Source of the DNA: Mantamonas sphyraenae STR306
Taxonomy: Eukaryota; Protista; CRuMs
DNA length: 64,000 nucleotides
NCBI GenBank assembly: GCA_026936335.1
Contig: JAPMXV010000031.1
Location: 401,754-465,753, forward strand
Direction of reading: 5' to 3'
The translations under genes and the position numbers were made by a program. Below the pieces are notes generated by a model. It did no database searches and was not told the origin of the DNA. It worked only from the letters and a program-made list of their open reading frames with translations. Each line of letters begins with the position of its first letter. Positions within the stretch are counted from its first letter, which is position 1. This document shows, in pieces, positions 1 through 12,400 of this stretch.

Positions 1-3000
1 CTACACGGCGCTGTTTGCGCTCCTGCAGCTGTGCATTGCAGCGTTGTACAACTCGCATCGCGGTAGCATCTGGGTGAGCATCGAAGGACAGGTGATCATT
101 GCCAGCATGGTGGCTGCCACAGCGCTCGTGCTGTCGCTGATCTTTCTGGTGGGCATGGATCCTGTGAGTGTGCATCTCATTGCGCTTGCGTTTACCGTGC
201 TTGTGCTCTTCTTCACCTTTCTGTACGTGGTGCACTACCACTCTGTGCAGTACGCAGACATCAAGACCACCAGCGACCAGGAGGTCAACGACTGGTACGC
301 AGCGCTGCACGACGTGCGCATGCCGCCCACGCACAAGGACCCCGCCGAGCTGGACCGTTTGCTCAGCGAGTGGTACGCAGACGACATCCTGCGAGTGCCG
401 GACGAAGAGCGTCCGGACCTGCTCCAGTCGGCCATCTTTCTGAACCGGGCCAAAAAGTACGCGGTGAAAATGACACGGCAGGCACGCAACGAATTTGTGC
501 GTGCTGTGCATGAAGCGCGCTACATCAAGGCCAAGGACTTTGTGCGCCGCGACGCGCTGGTGCAGGCGCGTGCAGCCAAGTACTACACGGAGGAGTCACT
601 GGTGCACTGGTACACACTGTTGACAGGCAAAGTGCGGCCGGATCCGGCGTCGGCCGAGTGGGACCAGCTGCTGGACGAAGGCATGGGTGCGATGAACGTC
701 AAGCAAAAGACAGACCTGCCGCACCGTGGAGGTCTGTTGTGGGACATGGTGCGCACGTACTGGGTGCACGGTGCCTGCTACTTTGCGTTGATGTTTGTGG
801 ACCGCCTGTTGCGCCTGGCGGGAGGTTTGTCGTCGAGTGAGTTTTTCGTGCCGACGTCGCCGTACGAACTCGGTGTGGGCTGGGCACAGGTGTACCTGCT
901 GCTGGCCATCGGTGCCCTCGAGCCCATTCTGTTCCGTCGCGCGGCCAGTGTCAACAACATGTTCAAGCCCCGCATGAGTGAGACGTTCACGGCGGACGTG
1001 CTGATCAAGTCGCGTTCGCGCCAGGCCAAGCGCATCTTTTGGACAGAGTTTAAGCTCATGTGGAAGTTTGTTATTCTGGCCCTGTTTGCGTCGGTAGGCA
1101 TGATGTTCTTCCTGAGTGACAGCGTGACGCTGGATGTGCTGTGGGTGTTTGGCGTGTCTGTGTTGGGTTACACCGGCTTCATTGTCGGAGGGTTCAATTC
1201 GCTCTTCCTGGCACAGGACCACGGCAAGGCGAGCCGCGGTATGATGAAAGGTCTGCTTGTGGGCAGCCTGATCGGCGGCGGGGCCATGGTGGCGGGCTTC
1301 CTGCTGCAGATCGACGCATCGGCGTTGACGGGCCTGGACCTGCCCAAGACGACGTACCGCGACTTTGCTGTATTTGGCCTGTTGGCAGGTGGCATTGCGT
1401 ACGGCGCGTTTACGTGGCCGACCCCGGCCAAGAACAAGGCGTCGCGCGAGTTTGACTTTGCGTCACAAGCGCCCATGCTGTCGACTGGGATGGCCACCAG
1501 CGGACAGAGATGGTTGCAGGGCTTGTCGCACGGTGTGCAAATCAACGAGGACCACATGACACTGCTGGCGAGGCAACTTTACAAGCGCAAGGATATCCGC
1601 AAGGTGCAGGGTGGCGAAACGGGCAAGCTGGTGATGCGGACGCTTGGCCAAGCGCGCGGCATCATGGAAAACATGGACGAGACGTCGCTGCTGCGCCAGG
1701 CGTTTCCAGATGCAGCCAAGCACTTGGACATCCTGCTGCGGTCGTGGAAGGCAGACCAGATCCGTGTGTACCTGGTGCCAGAGCAGTTTCTGACGCTGCC
1801 TTCGGGGCAGCACTTTTCGGCGCTGTCGTACGCGCCGGAGTTGGACACGCTGGATGAAAACGCACACGTGGATAACTTGGAGCTGGCAGGGTCGGTGGAG
1901 GAAAAGAAAGGGTCGCGCAGGGTGCGATTGGGCTACGATTCAGACGAAAGCGACGACGAAGACTACTCGCAGCCTGTGCGGTCGCGCCAGACTCGACTCA
2001 AGTCGACATTCCGACGCAACACGGTTAGCAACTCCAGGCGAGCGTCGTCCACAACGGACGTCAAGTTGGTCGTGTTTGTGGGCGTGCAGGAGGAGCGGCC
2101 GCCCGAAGAGTTTGCCGACCAGATTGTGGAGGCCATGGTGCACGAGTACTACGAAATGATCATGGGCTATCCACACTCGTTTGCAGTTGCCGCTGAGTTG
2201 CTGGTGAAGATCGATCCGACGGGCAGCGTTGTGCCGGAACGCATCCTGCGCGAACTGCACGCCACGAGCGACAACGGCCTGCACGCAGTGGATCAGAGCG
2301 CAGACATGGAAGTGATGGTCAAGTCGCTGCTGGGCTTTGACATCAACGAGATCGACGCACGGTGGGAGCGCATCCCGAAGGCGCAGAAGCGTGTGATTGT
2401 GTCGTTGCTGGAACTTGTGGACCCGCATTTCCAGGCGCCGCCTGTGACACACATGCAGTTGATGGCGCACACGGGCCTGGACACGCGGCGGTTCAACCGT
2501 GCGTTCCGTGCGCTGATTCCGCACGACGATTTGTGGCGTCGGGTGAGCGCAAAGCAGCGGCCGCACTCTGTGTTTCTGGCCATGGGCCAGCTGAACGCAC
2601 GGCTTGCGCTGGCAGTGAAAAAGGCGGCACGAGAGATTCTCACTGCGCGCAATGTGCGCCACAACGCGGTGCACATGGAAATCCCGTTCACATCGCTGGT
2701 CAAAGCGGAGTACAATCCGTTGCAGTCGAAGCGCAACGACGAGTCGCAGTTTTCCGAGTTTGAGGACGCCATGCCTTTCGGCGAAAAGGTGTTGATGGTG
2801 CTGGACACGTTCTGCAGGTTGTCTGCGCTTGCGCTGAGTGCAGACGTGACGTTTGGCTATGAAAAGGACTACGCGATGCGCGCAAGTGTGGGCAACGGCG
2901 GCCTGCCACAGCCGTTCAAGTTCCTGCTGAACACACTGGTGACGTGGACGTTCAACGTGAATCGTGTGTTTGTCAACATGATGGTGTGGCTGCCGCTGCG

Positions 3001-6000
3001 TCTGTTCCGGCCGGACGTGCAGCTGCTGTTCTCGCAGGTCAAGACGGGTCTGAACAGGATCAACTTCAAGGCACGCGGGCGCAACGGCCTGGACAGAGTG
3101 CATCGCATGAACCCGGAGGCGCCGCTGACAACCTTTGTGGAGTACAGCCAGGAAACAGGCTTGGTGGAGCGCACAACGACCTACTCGGGCCTGCTGAAAA
3201 CGCGTCCCAGTGACGAATTCAAGGGCAGGGTGGCGTACTGTGTGTACAAGGGTGGGCGTATCCACCAGCGCTTCGAGTGCAAGGACAAAAAGGTGCGCAC
3301 GAGTGCGTGGTACTATTACGACGGCTCGCACCTGCAGTCGGGCAAAAAGTCACGCCGAGTGGCAGCCAATGTACCGACGATGAAGGAAGTGTACGAGAAG
3401 CACGTGGCAACGGAAGAAGAGAAGCAGCTGCGGCAACCAGTGGAGGAGTTTTACTACGATGACCGCGGACGTGTGGCGCAAGGCCTGGTGATGCGCGAGG
3501 TGGATCTGGCAACACTGGACATTGGCGGCCTGGACGACATGGTGTTTTCCATCCAAGCCTACCAGGCGGACGGCGAGGAGGGTGGCGACGAAACACATGG
3601 AGCCGGTGGAAGCGAGGGCAAGGTGAAACTCAACGTGGAGGTGGACTTTGAGTACCCTGTGGATGCGCACGTGGCAGACAGCAGCGCCAACCGGGCGATG
3701 TACCGGTGCGTGCTTCCGCACGGAGACAGTGGCCAAGGGGTTGGAGAAGGTGCGGGCGAGCTGGAGCTTGTTGTGCAGTGGCACGATTACAGCCGGTACG
3801 TGGACAAGACAGAGGTCAAGGTGGACCGCATGCCTCGCGTGTACACCGACTTTGACTATGTACACCTGCATCACCCGCAGCTGCGCAGCTACATCATCGA
3901 CGAGGATGTGGGCGAGCAGCGCAACGAGGATCCAACACTGGTGACGGAGGATCCGCTGATGATTGTGCGCAAGCCGCCGCCAAGTTCATTCTACGACGAG
4001 GATCTGGTTGCGGTTGTGCCGAACCAGGCGTGGAGCTTCTCACTGATCGACGCGATCACGTTCCGTGGCCAGGGCGCAAGCACAGTGTACACGAAACGGT
4101 ACCCGACACGCAAGGCGCGCATGACCGTGTGGGACGCGTGGGCTGCAGGCAACCTGGACGGCGTGTATGCACAGCTCTTGGACGAGGAGATCCTGCGTGC
4201 GGAGCCGAAGCTGAAGAAGTACTGGAAGTACAGAGACCACGGTGACCTGCGACGGGCAAAGCGGGCGATTCTGAAACAGGAGGGCTCGTTGACGCCCGTG
4301 ATCAGCTTCCGCACCAACTCGCACTTGGCTTTCCGTGTGCCGGACCTGCTGATGTGTGGTGCGGGAGGTACGGCCCACTCGCAGGGCCGCAGCGAAAAGA
4401 CAAACCTGACGACCGCGTTTGACCAAACGGTGGGACTGAACTTTTCGGAGGAGAACCCGCTGCTGACGTGGGCGTTGGACTCGGGCACGTGGCCGGCGGA
4501 CGGTGGAGGAGTGGCGTCGTGCAGGCGCGACGTGATCAACCGTCTGCCGCGTCTGCGGTGGATCTGCAACGCAGAGATTGGCAACACGATGAAAATTGTG
4601 CAGAACAGCTACCAGGTGGAGCAGAACGTGGCTTCGTTGACGTTTGTGCCGCTGTGGGGATCTGAAATCGGCGGGCCGAACCAGAGCATCCTGTCCAATG
4701 TGCCGTACGGCAAGCTGAGTGCACGCATTTGGCGTACGACGGACGAAATCATTGTCAAGTTCTTCTTGCCACTGATGGAAGAGCTGGTGATTGGGTCTGT
4801 GAACCAGAACCCGCGTTCGGAGCAGATTGACGGGTACATGTCGCTGTTCACCAACTTTTACCTGTTCTTCCAGCGCTACGACTGGGCAACGGTGTGGGGC
4901 AACTCGATCGTGCACCAGGCGTGGCGACGTCTGTGGCTCCGCATCGAGACAGAACGGTACACTGCGTTCCAGCGGGAACTGGCAAAGCGACGCGGGTCTG
5001 TGAGCGGCAAGCCGATCCAGACGGTGTCTGGGGAGAACGAGTCGGATGTGCCGCACATGCGGATGTTTGCAGGCGAGCTTGCCTCTCTGGACGACATCGA
5101 CTTTGTGATGAACCTGTACGTGCACTTTCTGTTGCCGTTTACGGTGCCGCTGCCCGACACAAATGTGACGCATGCAACGCACCACGGCATCCAGGCTGTG
5201 CTGGGCGTGGTGGCGAAGCAGATCCGACAGTCGTCATTCCTGATCTGGGACCACGGTGTGCTGTGGCGCGAACGACTTGCGGCGCTGGACAACGTGTCGT
5301 ACAGTCTGTTTGTGCGCAACGCGCTGGTGGACCTGACGCGCATGTGTGTGATTGTGAACCTGCGTGCGGCAGACATGGTGATCTCGTGTGCAAAGACGAA
5401 CAATCCGCAATGGGAACAACGCATGGGTGGACGCGGCCTGAACCAGCTGACGACGGATGTGAAGCGGCGACAGTCGCCGGTGATCAACGGCATGGAAACG
5501 AACCGATTCAGCCCGAACCGAGACCTGGAGCTGGACACGCCGACGTCTGTGATGCTGTCGCATGTGTATGACCTGAAGGATGTGAAGAATGCGATCAAGG
5601 CGGCCAACGTGATTGTGAACCAGTTTGGAGTCAAGTCGTACCAGCTGATTGTGTACGGGTCGCTGAACAAAGACCTGGGCTACGTGCAGGACTGCAGAGA
5701 CATGATTGCAGACAATGGTTTGTCGAACAACGTCAAGCTGGCAGGCTTTGGCAACGCGTCGCAAGTGCTTCCGCAAGGATGGTTGTTCCTGAACTCGAGC
5801 AAGAGCGAAGGTCTGCCGCTGGCGCTTGGTGAGGCCGGACTGGCGGGACTGCCAGTGGTGGCGACGGACGTGGGTGGCAGTCGTGAGGTGGTGCGTGATC
5901 AGGAGCGAGATATCACATTTGGGGCCATTGCGCCTGCGCAAAACCCGCTTGCGCTGGCCAAGGCGCAGGTCAAGGTGTTTTGCATGCTGGAGGAGCTGGA

Positions 6001-6352
6001 GGCACTGTGCGTCGCACCGGGGGCGCCAAAGCCGGACAAGGTGTGGACCCTGGACGACTTTCAGCCATTCAACCCGGATCCCAAGGCACCGCGACTGGAA
6101 CAGAGGATGTTGGCGATGAAGGAGCATCGTCTGCGTCTTGGCATGCAGTACCGGGCATACATCCTTGGCAGTTTCACCATCGAAAGATATCTGCGAGAGC
6201 ACGAGCAGTTGATTTCGCTGGGAGCGCTGCGTGCGCGCGAGCGAGAGGAGCAGCTGGCAGACAAGAAGAAGCAGACGGGCGGTGGGATTGTCGGGAAGCT
6301 CAAGTCGTTGGCGTCGCTTGGATCTTCCCCGTCTCAAGCGAGCTACCAATGA
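1..6352 (+). CDS. Giant polytopic membrane glycosyltransferase family 4 (Gtb3/PelF-like; DUF3492 + Glycos_transf_1 at C-terminus), 5' end outside window
   Basis: Frame open from position 2 to TGA at 6350-6352. Many hydrophobic TM segments in the first ~460 aa. C-terminal PelF-like motifs IWDHGVLWRER, LKDVKNAIKAA, NSSKSEGLPLALGEAGLAGLPVVATDVGGSRE (GT-B EX7E). The motif DSGTWPADGGGVASCRRD resembles the fungal Gtb3-type large GT4 proteins (from memory). Confidence 0.8.
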   Translation, partial: YTALFALLQLCIAALYNSHRGSIWVSIEGQVIIASMVAATALVLSLIFLVGMDPVSVHLIALAFTVLVLFFTFLYVVHYHSVQYADIKTTSDQEVNDWYAALHDVRMPPTHKDPAELDRLLSEWYADDILRVPDEERPDLLQSAIFLNRAKKYAVKMTRQARNEFVRAVHEARYIKAKDFVRRDALVQARAAKYYTEESLVHWYTLLTGKVRPDPASAEWDQLLDEGMGAMNVKQKTDLPHRGGLLWDMVRTYWVHGACYFALMFVDRLLRLAGGLSSSEFFVPTSPYELGVGWAQVYLLLAIGALEPILFRRAASVNNMFKPRMSETFTADVLIKSRSRQAKRIFWTEFKLMWKFVILALFASVGMMFFLSDSVTLDVLWVFGVSVLGYTGFIVGGFNSLFLAQDHGKASRGMMKGLLVGSLIGGGAMVAGFLLQIDASALTGLDLPKTTYRDFAVFGLLAGGIAYGAFTWPTPAKNKASREFDFASQAPMLSTGMATSGQRWLQGLSHGVQINEDHMTLLARQLYKRKDIRKVQGGETGKLVMRTLGQARGIMENMDETSLLRQAFPDAAKHLDILLRSWKADQIRVYLVPEQFLTLPSGQHFSALSYAPELDTLDENAHVDNLELAGSVEEKKGSRRVRLGYDSDESDDEDYSQPVRSRQTRLKSTFRRNTVSNSRRASSTTDVKLVVFVGVQEERPPEEFADQIVEAMVHEYYEMIMGYPHSFAVAAELLVKIDPTGSVVPERILRELHATSDNGLHAVDQSADMEVMVKSLLGFDINEIDARWERIPKAQKRVIVSLLELVDPHFQAPPVTHMQLMAHTGLDTRRFNRAFRALIPHDDLWRRVSAKQRPHSVFLAMGQLNARLALAVKKAAREILTARNVRHNAVHMEIPFTSLVKAEYNPLQSKRNDESQFSEFEDAMPFGEKVLMVLDTFCRLSALALSADVTFGYEKDYAMRASVGNGGLPQPFKFLLNTLVTWTFNVNRVFVNMMVWLPLRLFRPDVQLLFSQVKTGLNRINFKARGRNGLDRVHRMNPEAPLTTFVEYSQETGLVERTTTYSGLLKTRPSDEFKGRVAYCVYKGGRIHQRFECKDKKVRTSAWYYYDGSHLQSGKKSRRVAANVPTMKEVYEKHVATEEEKQLRQPVEEFYYDDRGRVAQGLVMREVDLATLDIGGLDDMVFSIQAYQADGEEGGDETHGAGGSEGKVKLNVEVDFEYPVDAHVADSSANRAMYRCVLPHGDSGQGVGEGAGELELVVQWHDYSRYVDKTEVKVDRMPRVYTDFDYVHLHHPQLRSYIIDEDVGEQRNEDPTLVTEDPLMIVRKPPPSSFYDEDLVAVVPNQAWSFSLIDAITFRGQGASTVYTKRYPTRKARMTVWDAWAAGNLDGVYAQLLDEEILRAEPKLKKYWKYRDHGDLRRAKRAILKQEGSLTPVISFRTNSHLAFRVPDLLMCGAGGTAHSQGRSEKTNLTTAFDQTVGLNFSEENPLLTWALDSGTWPADGGGVASCRRDVINRLPRLRWICNAEIGNTMKIVQNSYQVEQNVASLTFVPLWGSEIGGPNQSILSNVPYGKLSARIWRTTDEIIVKFFLPLMEELVIGSVNQNPRSEQIDGYMSLFTNFYLFFQRYDWATVWGNSIVHQAWRRLWLRIETERYTAFQRELAKRRGSVSGKPIQTVSGENESDVPHMRMFAGELASLDDIDFVMNLYVHFLLPFTVPLPDTNVTHATHHGIQAVLGVVAKQIRQSSFLIWDHGVLWRERLAALDNVSYSLFVRNALVDLTRMCVIVNLRAADMVISCAKTNNPQWEQRMGGRGLNQLTTDVKRRQSPVINGMETNRFSPNRDLELDTPTSVMLSHVYDLKDVKNAIKAANVIVNQFGVKSYQLIVYGSLNKDLGYVQDCRDMIADNGLSNNVKLAGFGNASQVLPQGWLFLNSSKSEGLPLALGEAGLAGLPVVATDVGGSREVVRDQERDITFGAIAPAQNPLALAKAQVKVFCMLEELEALCVAPGAPKPDKVWTLDDFQPFNPDPKAPRLEQRMLAMKEHRLRLGMQYRAYILGSFTIERYLREHEQLISLGALRAREREEQLADKKKQTGGGIVGKLKSLASLGSSPSQASYQ

Positions 6353-6444
6353 GGAGGAGAGAGAGGAGAATGAAAGGAAGGTGCTGTACCACATGTGCAA
6401 GGGAGCAGTGTGCGGCGTTTTGGCCAACCGATTGGAAAACCTGC

Positions 6445-9400
6445 ATGAGCGCAAACGCAGAGAGCGCAGAAGCAGGGGAGGTGAAGGCAGTGCAAGATGA
6501 GGAGGTGGAGGAGGTTGCAGTGGTGGAGGAAGCGGAGGATGAGGTGGTGGAAGGGCGGGAGTACAGCGAGGAGATTGCTGCAATGATTGCGGCGGCGCGG
6601 GAACGGCAGGCGCCGGTGATCCACCTGCAGTCGGAGGAGCTGAGGGGTCTGCCGGAGGAGCTGTTCTCACTTCTGTTCCTGGAGGTGCTGATTCTGGGCA
6701 ACAACGAACTGGAGGAGCTAAGTGGGAAAATTGCATCCTTGAGCAACCTGACGCGTGTGGACTTGTTCCAAAACAAACTGACGACGCTTCCGTTTGAGTT
6801 TGGGAGGTTGGAGGCGCTGCAGGAGCTGTACTTGGATGGGAACCCACTGGGTCAGGTGCCAAACTGCATCTACAACCTGAGGAACTTGCAGCTTCTTTCT
6901 CTGACGAAGTGCGGGCTGACTCGGATCGCGCCGCAGGTGTCGAATCTGTACCAGTTGGCAATGCTGAATGTGTCGGACAACGAACTGACGACGCTGCCCG
7001 CACAGATTGCGTTTATCCACCATCTGGAGGAGCTGAACGCAGAAGACAATGCACTTTCGTCGCTGCCGCGCAGTTTCAGCCGGATGCGTAGCCTGGTGAC
7101 ACTGCGACTGGGTGGCAACCAGCTGGACCGGTTCCCCGACTGTGTGTCGCACGTGGCGTCGCTCAAGACGCTGGATCTGGACAGGAACCAGCTCGCTGTG
7201 CTGCCAGGCGGGTTGCCGCCAGCGCTGGAGACGCTCACGCTGGCGCGCAACCGCTTGGTGTCCATCGAGGCATCGATCAAAAACGCAGGCAACACATTGC
7301 AACACCTGGACGTGTCTGAAAACGACCTCGTGGACGAAGAGCTGCGCAGCTTGGGTGACGTCCTGTCGCTGGTGTCGCTGAACTTGACGGGGAATGCCAA
7401 GGTACGGCGTTTGCCAGCCCGCTTTGCGGCGCTGAAGAAGCTCAAGACGCTGGAACTGGGTGGCATGGAGCAACTGGAACTGCCGTCGCGCGAGGTTGTG
7501 GCGATGGGTCTGGGCGAGATCATGGAACAGCTGAAACAGGGGAGCTCGGGTGAGTCGCGTAGACGTGGGGTCGGGGAGGAGCGGTTCGGGCCCAGCGCGG
7601 CACACAAACTGACACAGAGAGGGGACACGCACACACACACATACACGCATGCACATCTGTGCACAGACGAGGATATGCTCGTGATGGCCAAGGCGGAACA
7701 GGCAAAGGTGGTGCAGCTTTCGGGAGAGGGTTTGGAGACGCTGCCGGCGGCGGTGTTTGAGATTGGGTCTGTGGAAGAGCTGAACGTGTCACGCAACCAC
7801 TTGAAGGGAGTGGAAAAGGAAGTGAGCCAGCTGGGTCGTCTGCGAGACTTGGATGTGTCGTTCAACGAACTGCAGGAGGTGCCGGTGAGCCTGCTTGCCG
7901 TGAGCACACTGCAGCGACTGGACCTGGATCACAACCAAATCGAAAGTGTCAGCTTGCAGTCTATGGGCGACTTGACAAAGCTGTCGTGGTTGTCACTGGC
8001 CAACAACCAGATCGAGGCGCTGTCGACGGGTGCCGAGCAGCTGCGTGCGCTGACATACCTGAACCTGAGCAGCAATGCATTGCAAAAGCTTCCGCATGAC
8101 CTGGGAGCCATGCGTTCGCTGGTTGAGCTGCATGTGGCACGCAACCGGCTGGACAAGCTGCCACAGAGCATTGGAAGGTTGAACAAGCTGAAAGTGCTGA
8201 ACGTGGCACAAAACGCGCTTACCCGGCTGCCCCGTTCGATGGTGTCGATGCAAACCATGCGTGCGCTGAATCTGTCGGACAACCAGCTGCCGAGCCTGCC
8301 TGACGCAGTGCTGCGGCTGACAGGTTTGCGCACCCTGCACGCCGAAAACAACCACTTTGTTCGCATCGAATCACTGAACAGCCTGACGACGTTGCGTGAG
8401 CTGAACCTGAGTGCAAACAAGCTGGAGAACGTACCTGCCATGGAGGAGTGCAAGGGCCTGCAAAAGCTGACGTTGGACGGGAACCAGCTGCGGTGGTTGC
8501 CGTCGTATGTGGGCACGCTGGACGAGCTGCAGGTGCTGATGGTAAACGACAACATGTTGGAGCACATTCCGTCGAGTGTGGCACAGCTGCCGTACCTGAC
8601 TGTGCTGGGTGTGGCAGGGAACCGGCTGGCATCGCTTCCGGCGAGGTGTGTGAGATGAAGACTCTGATGCTGTTGCGGCTGCAGGGCAATCCGGTGGAGG
8701 AGGAACTCCGTGCCTACGAGGCAGAAAAGGAGCGTGTCAAGCGTGAAGGCGGCTTGCTAGGATCAATGATGGAGGGGGTGCCCATGCCGGGATACCTGCA
8801 AGGTGAGTCACACCGCGCCGCGGTGGCCAAGGCCCTGGGAGGCACGGCCACGCAGACGCTGTCGTTGAGTGGAGTGGGCATGTCGCGGCTGCCGATCGAG
8901 CAGGGAGTGTTGGAAAGGCGACAGTGGCGGGAGGTGCTGCAGCGGTTGGATCTGTCGCACAATTGCTTGGACGACCTTCCATCCGAACTGCAGTCTCTGG
9001 TCAATCTGCGTGAGTTGGATGTGTCGCACAACCAGTTGCAGCAGGTGCCAGCGGTGGTGGATTCGTTGCACGCGTTGCAGCGCCTGGATATGGGCCACAA
9101 TCACCTGCGAGAATGGCCTGCACGAGATGTGTTTTTCACGACGCTGGGCAGCCATCTGATGGTGCTGGACATGCGACACAACCACTTGCAGAGTGTGCCT
9201 GTGGAGGTGGAGCAACTGAGCGCCCTGGAGGAGCTGAACGTGAGCGAAAACCAGCTGCGTTCGCTGCCAGCCGAAGTGGGCCAGATGGCACGCGTGAAAA
9301 AGGTGGATTTGAGCAACAACCAGATCCACACTCTGCCTGCTCAGTTGTGTGACATGGAATCGCTGGAGGAGCTGCGCGTGTCGCACAACGAGCTGCAAGT

Positions 9401-12400
9401 GCTGCCGATGTCCACGGGCGACCTGGCCAACCTGCGCGTGTTTGGCTGTTCGCACAACAAGCTGCGGCGCTTCCCACCCGCGGTGTGTGGCGCCGAGGCT
9501 TTGGTGGAGTTGGATCTGAGCCACAACGAGATGGAGGGAGCAACAGACGCCGGGATTTGGCGTCTGACTGCGTTGGAGGAGTTGAACATCAGCCACAACG
9601 CGCTGAGTGCAGTAAGCGACGAAGTGGGCAATCTGGCCAGCTTGAAGACGGTGCGTATGTCCTACAATTTGTTGCGAGAGCTGCCGGCGTCGATGGGTCT
9701 GCTCCGAACCTGCATCGTGTAGAGGTGGGACACAACCGGCTGCAAGAAATCCCGGCCGAGTTTTCGTACATGGACACGCTGCGTGTGTTGGATGTGCAGT
9801 TCAACACAGATCTGTCGTCGCTGCCGCTGTTTCTGTTTGAGCTGCAGTTGGAGGAGCTGGACTTTCGCGGGTGCACGAGCGTGCGTGCGCCTGCGGTGGT
9901 GTTTGAGCATCTGGACAGCATCTGGGCGTCAGAAAACCAGCTCAAGGTCTGTATGACTCTGTTGACATCGGGCGAGGACGGCGGCGCTGCGGCGGCAGCA
10001 CTGCTGGGATCTGGGTCGGGTGGATCGCTGGGATTGGCTGGTCTGAGCGAGAGCGGCAGCGGAAGCGAAAGCAGCACGAGTCTGTCGCTGGCAAACAAGC
10101 GGTTGCAGCTTGTGGACCGACAGGTGTTTAACCGCAAGGGGCTGACACAGCTGGATTTGAGCAACAACCTGCTGGAAGATTTCCCGGTGGGTGTGGCCAA
10201 GCTGACGGCGTTGAAGACTCTGGATCTGTACAACAACCTGCTGAGTGAGGTGCCGCACGACATGTACCGCTACACGATGTTGGAAGACCTGCGTCTGTCG
10301 CAGAACAAGTTTGACCGTGTGCCGGCTGAGCTGGCATTGATGTCGACGTTGCACCGTTTGGACATGAGCCGCAACCGGCTCGAGCCGCAACCTTTGGAGC
10401 GCATGATGTCCAAGATGCTTGTGCTGCATACGCTGCGGCTTCAACGGTGCAACCTGGGCAGCGAGACGCTGGACAGCGACGAACTGGCGGAGATTCTGGA
10501 CTCGATGCCAGCGCTGGTATGCGTGGATGTGAGCCAGAACTACGTGGGTCACGTGCCGCACGCTCTGCGCAAGCTGAAGCGCTTGCAGCATGTGCACCTG
10601 AACGGGTGTCGCATCCGTGAGGTGGGCGTACGTGACGTCAAGGAGTGGACAAAGCTGCAGAGCCTCCACCTGGCCGAGAACGAGCTGAAGGAAATCCCAC
10701 AGGTGCTGGGCAGCATGGCCTCTCTGTGTACGCTGGTTCTGTCAAGGAACCAAATCCGCAAGGTGGACGAAACGATGCCGTTGCTGCACGTGCACACGCT
10801 GACGGATCTGGACCTGTCACACAACATGGTGGATGAGTTGACGCCTTTGGTGGGCGAGATGCACTGGTTGCGCGTGCTGAATGTGTCGCACAACGCGCTG
10901 GAGGTGTTCCCGTGGCAGGTGTGCAGCGTTCGCGACATGCGTGCCCTGAATGTGTCTCACAATCGACTGCGTGTGCTGCCACAGGAGGTGAGCAATATGC
11001 ACATGCTCCAGCATCTGGATGTGTCCCACAACCAGCTGCGTGCACTGCCGCAGTCGCTGGGCAGCATGATCCAGTTGCGCGAATTTCTGTACGAGCACAA
11101 CGCGGCGCGGCTGCTGCCCCGAGCCATCGAGGGCAAGGGGGTGGCAAAGGAGCTGCGGTTCCTGCGTGGGCGTGTAGATGGCATCCAATTGGAGCAGTAC
11201 GACCAGATTTATGATGTGGTGTCTGGCGAGAGCCACCGGCTGGATCTGGGCGGATTGAGCCTGAATCGGCTGCCGGGAGAAATCCTGCGCATGCGCTCAC
11301 GTCTGCATCGCTCAACTTGGGCAACAACCACCTGCAGGAGCTGGATGAGGCAATTGTGGAGCAGTGTGGACAGCTGCGAGAGGTGTCGCTGCGAGACAAC
11401 CACCTGCGGCACATGCCGGCAGTGTTGGGCCAGCTGGCAGATACGCTGGTGGACTTGGACGTGAGCAAGAACGTGTTGGAAAACGACGAGACGTTTGTGG
11501 AAACACTGCAGGTGTTGGGGCAGCTGGAGCGGCTTGTGTTGAGTGAGAACGAGCTGCGGTCTGTGGATGCCAGTGTGCTGGAGGGCAAAACACATCTGTC
11601 CACTCTGGAGCTGGAGGGATGTGGGCTGCGCATGCTACCTGGCACGCTGTGTCTGTGCAGCTCCTTGTCTACGCTTTGTCTGGCCCGCAACTCCCTGTTG
11701 GACCTGCCGTCGGATCTGCCCCAGCTTGCGCCTGCGCTGACGCATCTGGACATCAGTGTGAACCAGTTTTCACGCTTCCCAGCCAATGTGTGCGAGCTCA
11801 CGCGGTTGCGCACGCTCAAGTTTGCGTACAACGGATGCCTGATGCTCCCGCTGAACCTGGGGGCGCTGGAACACGTGGAGGTGTTGGGACTGTCGCACAA
11901 CCGATTCCACACAATTCCCGATTCGTTGAGCGCATGCCAGAAGCTGCGCGAGCTGGATTTGCGCGAAAACAAGCTGGCCCGCGTGTCCAAAACGCTGCTG
12001 GCGTGCACGAGTCTGGAAAAGCTGCTGCTGGATGGAAATGCCATGCGCAGCTTGTTCCAGGAAGCCAAGGAGGAGGAAGAGGGTGCGGCACAGGAGCAAC
12101 CTGTGTCGTCGACTTCGATTCGCGTGTGGACGCGTCTGCAGGTGCTATCGCTGGAAGCAATGGGATTGCAGGATGTGCCGGCGGGTCTCTGCGAGTTGAA
12201 TTGTCTGCACACACTGAGTATGGCCAACAATGCGCTTGTGGAGCTGCCGTCCGAGATGGGCAACATGGCTGCTCTTCAGCGGTTGAATGTGGCAAACAAC
12301 GAGCTGGAAGAGTTGCCCGAGTCGCTGAGCAAGGTGGAAACGCTGCAGCAGCTGGTGGCATTCAACAACCGGCTGCGCACAGTGCCAGACATGCGTGCGA

